64,000 nt of DNA, from assembly GCF_006345805.1 (NCBI RefSeq), contig NW_021834901.1, positions 4,902 to 68,901 of the forward strand, read 5' to 3'. The notes under the pieces are model-generated. The model saw only the letters and a list, made by a program, of their open reading frames with translations, made no database searches and was not told the DNA's origin. This DNA comes from Octopus sinensis. Its lineage: Eukaryota. This document shows positions 1-10,520 of this stretch, one piece after another (positions within the stretch are counted from its first letter, which is position 1; each line of letters begins with the position of its first letter). The position numbers were made by a program, and so were the translations under genes.

Positions 1-6
1 TATATA

Positions 7-56
<50 letters not shown>

Positions 57-159
57 GTGTGTGTGTGTGTGTGTGTGTGTATGTATATATATATAAGCAT
101 AGTAGAAATTGTTAAAGAAGAAATATAAAATACACGTGGAAATGTAAGGATAAAAGATG

Positions 160-204
<45 letters not shown>

Positions 205-342
205 GAGAGAGAGAGAGAGACTTTTAGTGGGGGGCAACCAGATCGAACCTTCCCAAGTGTTACTGCCCGAGATGGTCGTGACTTGTGGGACTTGACTGAG
301 GAAAGAGAGCGTTATTTTTTTTACCATTTATATAAGTATGTA

Positions 343-374
<32 letters not shown>

Positions 375-420
375 TGTGTGTGTGTATGTGTGTGTGTGAG
401 TATGTGTGTGTGTGTGTGTG
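1..420. repeat. Compound (TA)n/(TG)n/(GA)n microsatellites; similar tracts recur throughout the window
   Basis: Directly visible dinucleotide runs; they produce the YI/CV/HT-repeat ORFs of the ORF track. Confidence 0.95.
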
Positions 421-740
421 TTTCAATCTATGTATTGAAGTTTCTGTTTGTTTATCTGTCTAATTATTTTTCGAATTATCTCTCTCTCTCTCTTTCTCTC
501 TTTCTTTCTTTTTTCTTTCCCTCTCTCTCTGTTCCACACTTTCATTTTCTCTCTCTTTTTCTCTCTTTCTGACTTTCTCTCTTACTCTCCTCTCTCTCTC
601 TCTTCGTAATGCTATTTTTAGTGTGCTGGTGCTGCTTGTAGGAACTTTAATCATTAATTAATGATGCCTTACCTTATGGCATTTTTTTACGCATGCTTGC
701 CACTTGATATTATTATAAGCAATAATATCCTTATATATAC

Positions 741-789
<49 letters not shown>

Positions 790-2870
790 TATATGCACTT
801 ATACACAGGTGTGTATGATTGTGTATAGGAGAATATATTACTGAAAGAAATTCCAACTTTGATTTTTATGATTTATTTACAATCCTATAATAATATATGA
901 TAAGATAAGTTAACATAATGAAGCGATAGAATATCAAATATCCACTCTGATTGAACTAGTACTTTCATGCATTCTTCAAGTTGTATAAAAATAGGTATTG
1001 TCTGCATCATTCCAAAGAGAAATAAAGTCTCCATAAAGTGTAAAAGTTAGAAATAATTTGTATGGTGTTAGTAACAAAATATTGTGTTAGAAATAGGATT
1101 ATTATCATCGGTCTTAAATTTAATCTCGCCAGTGTAGATATGTGTGTGTATAAATATCAATTTTAAATATTTACAGGAAAGTAGCAAAAATTGATTTACA
1201 TTTACAATGCCGGTTTCAAATATGACTTCAGTTTTAATTTTTTACAGAAATTAAATAGGGTTTATCCACTTATCTGAATATTCTATTACCTCATGAAAGT
1301 TTATTGTCTCATTCTGCGGCTTGTATCGGATAAGAATTCTGACCGAAGTACACATTTGTTATGACCCGTTATGTGTTTTTTTAACGGCAGTGTCAGTACT
1401 TTGTGTCGATATATGTGATTCGCTGTACTTTAATATCCGGAAAATTAATCCATTTTCAAGAAATTCACCATTTCTACACGACGCAAATTAATATAAGATG
1501 AGGTGATTTGCTTAATAACTTAATACAATTCCCTTTACGGGAATTGAAACCGCGATCTCGCTATCGCGAATGTAACACCGTTAAGAGCATGGTCATTTGC
1601 CTTGGACACCAATTATATTATTTAACATGTTATATGACATAGGTGTAACAGCATCCCAGAAATCCTTCTTATCTACTAGGCGTTTTCCTGAAGCAACACC
1701 CACTGAATTTTCATGGAACCCCAAAATGATCTGAGCGTTACTCCTAAGAGATGTCTCTTGTCAGCTAACGATATGGCGTTGTATCATGTAATGATGGAAT
1801 TTCTGACGCAGAAAATTGCAGAGTTTGACGTGGTGATACAAAGTCTGAGACCGAGGCCAATTTTAGGTTCATATCTTTGTTTGATTTTTTTTTGTTGTGT
1901 TTTACTTAGGGTGTTGTTGTCGACGTTGTTGTTTGCCCTGTTCGTAATTTTGCACAAAGGCATTCCAACTATAACCAACTAAATTTCTTTTATTCCAACA
2001 TTAGCAACCATGTCCTCCATTGTGTAAAATAAGAGTGTGTGATTGGAAACAGATTTCGCAGCTATTTCCAGATGTTTGACGGAAAACATTATATATTTCT
2101 TTACTACCCACAAGGGGCTAAACAGAGAGGAGACAAACAAGACAGACAAACGGATTAAGTCGATTACATCGACCCCAGTGCGTAACTGGTACTTAATTTA
2201 TCGACCCCGGAAGGATGAAAGGCAAAGTCGACCTCGGCGGAATTTGAACTCGGAACGTAACGGCAGACGAAATACGGCAACGCATTTCGCCCGGCGTGCT
2301 AACGTTTCTGCCAGCTCGCCGCCTTAAACGGAAAACATTATAAACATATCTGCGTCACAAGCCAATGTTTCCTGATTGAGTAAAGCTATGATCAGAGGAC
2401 ATCCAGTCATCATCTTCCCATCCATTTAGTTATATAGCATTGTCTCCGGTCTCTAGGTGAGCAGGGCCGTCCTTGAATTCAATTGCTTAAGTACACCTGC
2501 AACCAAAAACTCATAGGACACTTGTGTGTATACTACTAAATACATGCTTGTTTAACTCCTCCTCAGATCTGAATACTTCGTCACCTTTTCATCCCCGCAG
2601 GACTTTCGAATGAAAGAATAAGTTGTATAGTCCAAAAAAGTATAGAGCTTAAATTAAAAAGATAATATTAAACAAGAATTCAAGCAAAATAGTCGGCAAT
2701 GCCTGTACACAGTGTCTGTACATAAATTTACAAATTGCTTTGCAGTGTTTCCGTTGTCTATTCGCGTTCTGAGTTCCTTTCCTGTCGAACTCCCTTTTGC
2801 CTTTCATTTCTCAGAGGTGCTAAAATCCAATTAGTTGACTGTCCCCTTCTCCCACAGAAACACAACCCTC
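95..2870 (+). repeat. Segmental duplication core, copy 1
   Basis: Collinear with 22124-24660 (both start ATAAGCATAGTAGAAAT) and, from ~470, with 11165-13240. Confidence 0.9.
2094..2327 (-). mobile_element. tRNA-derived SINE (family C) with 15-bp target-site duplication
   Basis: ACGGAAAACATTATA at 2079-2093 and 2328-2342. Minus-strand head has A-box/B-box-like GAGCTGGCAGAAACGTTAGC and GAGTTCAAATTCC. Paralogous sites near 12715 and 24125 are empty. Confidence 0.9.
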
Positions 2871-3192
2871 CCCCCAACATAACTGGACAACAGGTTCATT
2901 GAAGCGTTAATTGGCTGTGGCTGCAAATGAAATTAAAATGAATTTAAATTGCCTTACCATTCCGCCAATTCGACGCCAGCCAACTGACCATTCCAAATAC
3001 GATAAACAAGTGCATAACACACACATACATGTATACATACATACATACATGCATGCATACACAGGCGTATACACACATGTATGCATACACACACACATAC
3101 ATACGTATATATATATGACGAACTAATTCTTATTTTCTCAGAGGCAGCTCAGATTTTTGTCAATGAAAAGCGACTATATCTCCGTAATATAT

Positions 3193-4075
3193 GACTCTCT
3201 TTTTGTCTCTCTCTCTCTCTCTCTTTTTATTTTACTTGATCTGTCCCCCTCTCTCTCTCTCTCTTCTCTCTACTCATCCTCTTTTTCTCTTCTCTTTACC
3301 CTCCTATTTCTTTGTCTCGCTCTGCACTCACAGGTCATTCATTCTTCGACAAACCCATCCCTTCTCCTCTCTGATCCCTTCTTTCTCTCTCTTCTCTCTC
3401 TTTTGTGCGTTTTGTCCCTCGTCTCTCTCTCTCTTCCTTTGCTTCTCTTTCTTTTCTTTTCCCCTCTTCTCTGTCACGTGACTGTTGGCCGAAATCTGCC
3501 TCTCAGCTCCTGACCCTCGTCGTGTTAACATCGTTGTTTTTCGTCCGCCGCTATAAAGGCTTCTTCCAATGCGCCAGAGAAAAAATTTGTTTGCTTGTTA
3601 TCAGTCGTAAGACACTTGTTGTTTTCACCGTTAATGCTTCTGTATTTCATGTTTCTGTATTCCATTATTGTTTTTTGTTTTTTTTATATCTGTCCCTTTT
3701 GCTGTCCTGGTGTTCGTATGCATTCGATCCTTCTTCCAGGAAATCTACGCTTCCAGCTTAGTTTTTCTAATGCTCGTTGCTTAGTTTTTCTTGGAGGGCT
3801 GGCCGTGATCTAGTAATCTCAAGATTAATCAGCCGAAATTACTACGATGATCCGGTTCTTGACTGAAGACTGAGGGGTTCGAATGTCCTGTCCATGTTTA
3901 TTGTGTCGTCTTCTAAGAGTTATACGTTCTTGTCCATGTTGTATTTTTCTACATACCTTAACATATATTCCAGGCGCCCCGTACCCCCCTTATCATTAAT
4001 GTGAGCACATATTCTTAATAATTGGTACGACTCTCTTTTTGTCTCTCTCTCTCTCTCATTTTTACTTGATCTGTC

Positions 4076-4113
<38 letters not shown>

Positions 4114-4915
4114 ACTCATCCTCTTTTTCTCTTCTCTTTACCCTCCTATTTCTTTGTCTCGCTCTGCACTCACAGGTCATTCTTCGACACCCATCCCTTC
4201 TCCTCTCTGATCCCTTCTTTCTCTCTCTTCTCTCTCTTTGTTGCGTTTTGTCCCTCGTCTCTCTCTCTCTCTTCCTTTGCTTCTCTTTCTTTTCTTTTCC
4301 CTCTTCTCTGTCACGTGACTGTTGGCCGAAATCTGCCTCTCAGCTCCTGACCCTCGTCGTTTAACATCGTTGTTTTTCGTCCGCCGCTATAAAGGCTTCT
4401 TCCAATGCGCCAGAGAAAAAATTTGTTTGCTTGTTATCAGTCGTAAGACACTGTTGTTGTTTCATCCACCGTTAATGCTTCTGTATTTCATGTTTCTGTA
4501 TTCCATTATTGTTTTTTGTTTTTTTTATTCTGTCCCTTTGCTGCCTGGTGTTCGTATGCATTCGATCTCTTCTTCCAGGAAATCTACGCTTCCAGCTTAG
4601 TTTTTCTAATGCTCGTTGCTTAGTTTTTCTTGGAGGGCTGGCCGTGATCTAGTAATCTCAAGATTAATCAGCCGAAATTACTACGATGATCCGGTTCTTG
4701 ACTGAAGACTGAGGGGTTCGAATGTCCTGTCCATGTTTATTGTGTCGTCTTCTAAGAGTTATACGTTCTTGTCCATGTTGTATTTTTCTACATACCTTAA
4801 CATATATTCCAGGCGCCCCGTACCCCCCTTATCATTAATGTGAGCACATATTCTTAATAATTGGTACGACTCTCTTTTTGTCTCTCTCTCTCTCATCATT
4901 TACTTGTGATCTGTC

Positions 4916-4953
<38 letters not shown>

Positions 4954-5631
4954 CATCCTCTTTTTCTCTTCTCTTTACCCTCCTATTTCTTTGTCTCGCT
5001 CTGCACTCACAGGTCATTCTTCGACACCCATCCCTTCTCCTCTCTGATCCCTTCTTCTCTCTCTTCTCTCTCTTTGTTGCGTTTTGTCCCTCGTCTCTCT
5101 CTCTCTTCCTTTGCTTCTCTTTCTTTTCTCTTTTCCCTCTTCTCGTCACGTGCCTGTTGGCCGAAATCTGCCTCTCAGCTCCTGACCCTCGTCGTGTTAA
5201 CATCGTCGTTTTTTCGTCCGCCGCTATAAAGGCTTCTTCCAATGCGCCAGAGAAAAAATTTTTTGCTTGTTATCAGTCGTAAGACACTTGTTGTTTTCAC
5301 CGTTAATGCTTCTGTATTTCATGTTTCTGTATTCCATTATTGTTTTTTGTTTTTTTATATCTGTCCCTTTTGCTGTCCTGGTGTTCGTATGCATTCGATC
5401 CTTCTTCCAGGAAATCTACGCTTCCAGCTTAGTTTTTCTAATGCTCGTTGCTTAGTTTTTCTTGGAGGGCTGGCCGTGATCTAGTAATCTCAAGATTAAT
5501 CAGCCGAAATTACTACGATGATCCGGTTCTTGACTGAAGACTGAGGGGTTCGAATGTCCTGTCCATGTTTATTGTGTCGTCTTCTAAGAGTTATACGTTC
5601 TTGTCCATGTTGTATTTTTCTACATACCTTA
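3193..5631. repeat. ~835-840-bp tandem repeat, about 2.9 copies (CT-rich half plus complex half)
   Basis: GACTCTCT(T)TTTGTCTCTC restarts at ~3193, ~4028 and ~4868; the third copy is truncated at a (TA)n run. Confidence 0.93.
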
Positions 5632-5820
5632 ATATATATATATATATATATATATATCTTTGATAATGATGAAGAAGAGAGAGAGAGAGAGATAGAGAGA
5701 GAGAGAGATAGAGAGAGAGACAGACAGATAGAGAGAGAGAGAGATAGAGAGATACGCAAATATATATATATATAAATGTATATATATATATTTGTGTGTG
5801 TGTGTATGTGCGCGTATATA

Positions 5821-5852
<32 letters not shown>

Positions 5853-5926
5853 CATATATGGCTGCTATTTTTAGCAAGTTAAAATTACCTGTTAAAGGGT
5901 AATATTCTATTTTGAAATATATAAAC

Positions 5927-5977
<51 letters not shown>

Positions 5978-6020
5978 CGTGTGTGTGCGTGTGTGTGTGC
6001 GTGTGTGTGTGTGTGTGTGT

Positions 6021-7931
6021 GTAGTGTTGGCGAATCTCAGGAAGCATGGAAGTTTTGAAGGATGCAGTGCTCCGACAAGTAACAACTGATGCCGGCAGTT
6101 TGTTCCATGCTTGTATGTGTATGGAGGGGAGAAAATCAAGTGTAGTGTTGGCGAATCTCAGAAAGCATGGAAGTTTTGAAGGATGCAGTGCTCCGACAAC
6201 TAACAGCTGATGCCGGCAGTTTGTTCCATGCTTGTATGTGTATGGAGGGGAGAAAATCAAGTGTAGTGTTGGCGAATCTCAGGAAGCATGGAAGTTTTGA
6301 AGGATGCAGTGCTCCGACAACTAACAACTGATGCCGGCAGTTTGTTCCATGCATCAGCGTGTGTATGGAGGGGAGAAGATCAGGTGTAGTGTTGACGAAT
6401 CTCAGGAAGCATGGAAGTTTTGAAGGATGCAGTGCTCCGACAACTAACAACTGATGCCGGCAGTTTGTTCCGTGCTTGCGTGTGTATGGAGGGGAGAAAA
6501 TCAGGTGTAGTGTTGGCGAATCTCAGAAAGCATGAAAGTTTTGAAGGATGCAGTGCTCCGACAACTAACAACTGATGCCGGCAGTTTGTTCCGTGCTTGC
6601 GTGTGTATGAGGGGAGAAAATCAGGTGTAGTGTTGCCGAATCTCAGGAAGCATGGAAGTTTTTTTGAAGGATGCAGTGCCGACAAGTAACAACTGATGCC
6701 GGCAGTTTGTTCCATGCCTGCGTGTGTATGGAGGGGAGAAAATCAGGTGTAGTGTTGCCGAATCTCAGGAAGCATGGACGTTTTGAAGGATGCAGTGCTC
6801 CGAAAAGTAACAACTGATGCCGGCAGTTTGTTCCATGCTTGCGTGTGTATGGAGGGGAGGATATCAGGTGTAGTGTTGGCGAATCTCAGAAAGCATGGAA
6901 GTTTTGAAGGATGCAGTGCTCCGACAACTAACAACTGATGCCGGCAGTTTGTTCCATGCTTGCGTGTGTATGGAGGGGAGAAGATCAGGTGTAGTGTTGC
7001 CGAATCTCAGGAAGCATGGACGTTTTGAAGGATGCAGTGCTCCGACAACTAACAACTGATGCCGGCAGTTTGTTCCATGCTTGCGTGTGTATGGAGGGGA
7101 GAAAATCAGGTGTAGTGTTGGCGAATCTCAGGAAGCATGGAAGTTTTGAAGGATGCAGTGCTCCGACAACTAACAACTGATGCCGGCAGTTTGTTCCATG
7201 CATCAGCGTGTGTATGGAGGGGAGAAGATCAGGTGTAGTGTTGACGAATCTCAGGAAGCATGGAAGTTTTGAAGGATGCAGTGCTCCGACAACTAACAAC
7301 TGATGCCGGCAGTTTGTTCCGTGCTTGCGTGTGTATGGAGGGGAGAAAATCAGGTGTAGTGTTGGCGAATCTCAGAAAGCATGAAAGTTTTGAAGGATGC
7401 AGTGCTCCGACAACTAACAACTGATGCCGGCAGTTTGTTCCGTGCTTGCGTGTGTATGGAGGGGAGAAAATCAGGTGTAGTGTTGGCGAATCTCAGAAAG
7501 CATGGAAGTTTTGAAGGATGCAGTGCTCCGACAACTAACAGCTGATGCCGGCAGTTTGTTCCATGCTTGTATGTGTATGGAGGGGAGAAAATCAAGTGTA
7601 GTGTTGGCGAATCTCAGGAAGCATGGAAGTTTTGAAGGATGCAGTGCTCAGACAATTAACAACTGATGCCGGCAGTTTGTTCCATGCTTGCGTGTGTATG
7701 GAGGGGAGAAAATCAGGTGTAGTGTTGGCGAATCTCAGGAAGCATGGACGTTTTGAAGGATGCAGTGCTCCGACAACTAACAACTGATGCCGGCAGTTTG
7801 TTCCATGCTTGCGTGTGTATGGAGGGGAGGATATCAGGTGTAGTGTTGGCGAATCTCAGAAAGCATGGAAGTTTTGAAGGATGCAGTGCCCCAACAACTA
7901 ATAACTGATGCCGGCAGTTTGTTCCATGCTT
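6021..7931. repeat. 121-bp satellite array 1, ~16 copies, derived from a LINE 3' end
   Basis: GTAGTGTTGG recurs at 6021, 6142 and onward. Minus strand reads WNKLPASVVSCRSTASFKTSMLPEIRQHYT*, the WN.LP..VV...S...FK C-terminal motif of CR1/L2-group ORF2. Confidence 0.95.
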
Positions 7932-8050
7932 CAGCAAGTCTCAGCGTGAAAAATTATATCGGAAATGAATAAGAGAAAATTAACTTGGTGGATTATTACA
8001 CATACATAGTACAACAGGTCACATATCGACAAAAGGAAACTTGAAATTTC
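7925..8050 (-). pseudogene. LINE ORF2 remnant continuous with array 1
   Basis: Minus strand across the array edge reads FFTLRLAEAWNKLP, typical of CR1/L2 ORF2 ends; the frame is broken immediately upstream. The right boundary is approximate. Confidence 0.7.
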
Positions 8051-8071
8051 GAAGGAAATTATGATGTGCGT

Positions 8072-8120
<49 letters not shown>

Positions 8121-8974
8121 CTCAATAGTTTTTCTTTCCACATTAAATTCCAATATAATCGCAATTTACACACACTGTAACGTATTTGCAGAAAATTACA
8201 TTAGAAAATAACCCATTTTTGTTAAAGTTCTGAGCAAACACAGACAATTCGTGTGAATTTTACGAAACTCATCTTTCCGCCCACAGACAAATTTGTTTCG
8301 CTACAAATTCCGATATAATCAGAATGATCACCATCTGAAGCGTATTAACAGAAAATTTAATTAAATATGGCCGTTTGGCGGGGAGTTATGAGGAAACAAA
8401 TTCGGTGCGTCGCACACATCTGTGAGAATGGCTGCCTTCCGAAGACGGGTCTTCTGCTGGAAATCGCTGTTCCAGTCGGAAAGCTTCTCGGATGTCCTCT
8501 CCCGCATCTGTGCGTGTTGGTGGGACATTACCATCAAATCCAAGCACCATTTGAGTCGTCTCTTTTCCTAACTAACATCTCTCTCTCTCACTCTCTCTCT
8601 TTCTCTAATTCTTTTTTCTTTCTTTCTCTCTGGGGGTTATGTTGCAGCCCTACCCAACCACCAGAATCATCCTCACCTGACCTAAGACCGACAATGACAG
8701 AGAAAGTAGCTGTCCATCTGCAGCTGACATGTACCCCAAGCCTCGACTCCTTGAAGCATCAACGGCTTAAAATGTGTAAGAAGCCGGTTCCCATTGTTAA
8801 CAGCGTGTAGGTCAACGGCAGACATATCTGGTCGGTGGTGGAAGATTGAGACAGATGCACAGGTATCTCGACGAAATTCAGCTGCGGGGAAGTGGCATCT
8901 GTCTTTACGATCAACCATGTGTTTCATTTTTCTTGAATCTTTTATTTAAATAAGAAATTTCAGTGTTTTTTCCC

Positions 8975-10520
8975 TTTTGTACAGACATATTGCGTTTATT
9001 AAGTTGTCCAAAAATGTCTGACAAATAGAATAATTTGTATAACGAATCTTCATTGTGGAACAAATCTGAATTTAATCCCAGCAGGAATATTATGTCTTCA
9101 TCTTCTTAAAGTTCTAACAATTGTTTCAAAGCTTCTCCATTTCAGATTCATCACACTTCTGTTCTTCATAAAACTTTGCTGAAATTGGATGCCATTTTCT
9201 CACAGAAGAGGAAACTATTGAGAACAAGAATTTTAATAACGTTAATAATTTTAACCGCTTCTTGTAATATTGCAAAAGTATCTGGAAATATTTTCTGAGA
9301 AACAAACACCTCTCAGTGAAGATTGCAATAAGTGACAGAAATAGGGTTTTTATCTTACAAATTTAACTTGAACCCCAATTTCCCTCCTTATCATAGCTTC
9401 CGCATCTTTATTACATACTACATTACATTTATACCATCCAAGGCCTAGTTCTATCTCCCTTTTACTTGTTTCAGTCATTTGACTGCGGCCATGCTGGAGC
9501 ACTGCCTTTAATCGAGGAACTCGATCCCCGGGACTTATTCTTTTATAATCCCAGTACTTATTCTATAGGTCTCTTTTGCCGAACCGCTAAGTGACGGGGA
9601 CATAAACACACCAGCATCGGTTGTCAAGCAATGCTAGGGGGACAAACACAGACACACAAACATATACACACACACAAACATATATATACATATATACGAC
9701 CGGCTTCTTTCAGTTTCCGTCTACCAAATCCACTCACAAGGTATTGGTTGGCCCGGGGCTATAGCAGAAGACACTTGCCCAAGATGCTACGCAGTGGGAC
9801 TGAACCCGGAACCATGTGGTTGGTAAGCAAGCTACTTACCACACAGCCACTCCTTCGCCTTTCGTCTACTTTTAGCTACAAAGTCCCCATCTTATGAACC
9901 AATCTTCTTGGACCCTATTCTATATTACTATAGTTTGTAAGTTTTGCTGCTTCATCTAATTGAATTGCATGTTTAGAGACGTTGTTTAAAAACCTTCGCA
10001 TAATTTACTCCAATTAATCATTATTCATTTCTGAAATACAAATACCAACATTATCATTTCGCAGACGAACTTTGATTCATCTGCATGTTATTTCAATGAA
10101 TAATTCCTGATGTTTTCATTGCTGCTGCTAATACAAGTTCTTCGCCGATGTTGTTTGGGGTTTCTTTTATCTCTTGCAATTAAATAAACAGCTTCAAAAG
10201 ATGCCCTTAAGTATTTCACTCTGTCTATTGAGTGAATAACTTGCTCAAGAGATTGCTTCTGTGTACTGATAGCCTTTCAAAACAATTCTATAGTCTTCTT
10301 ATTATAAAGGAATGTCTTGAATCAAAACGTTTTAAATTTTTGTGGGCTTCATATTTTCAGACAACAAACAATTCTTACAAATAAAGCTGACCGGAATTCT
10401 TTCAATATTTGTCCAAAGTAAAAGTAAATCCATTATATTTCGTCTTTGCTCGTTCTGAAAGAATTACTTATTTCTGAATTCATGACACTCTTTCAAGTTC
10501 TTCACTCTCCTCAGTTATAT
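8975..10520 (-). pseudogene. Decayed hAT (Charlie/Buster-like) transposase
   Basis: Manual minus-strand translation gives KNCLLSENMKP, YLRASFEAVYLIARDK, HAIQLDEAAKL, LQEAVKIINVIK and YKLFYLSDIFGQLNKRNMSVQ in the expected order, with stops and frameshifts between them. Confidence 0.85.
9455..9860 (-). mobile_element. tRNA-derived SINE (family A) nested in the hAT fossil
   Basis: Minus-strand head TGGCTGTGTGGTAAG...GGTTCAGTCCC (A/B-box-like), internal CA/TA tract, tail ...GAAACAAGTAAAAG; closely matches 46135-46520. Confidence 0.85.

Noticed and set aside
3820-3890. Hammerhead in the 835-bp unit (GAAA...ATC...CTGAAGA)
   Set aside because: Core words occur in a type II-like order, but stem I does not pair and stem II is out of register.
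6021-6141. Hammerhead in the 121-bp unit (CTGATGC...G(G)AAA)
   Set aside because: The invariant A9 is C, stems I and III do not form, and the sequence is explained by LINE codons.
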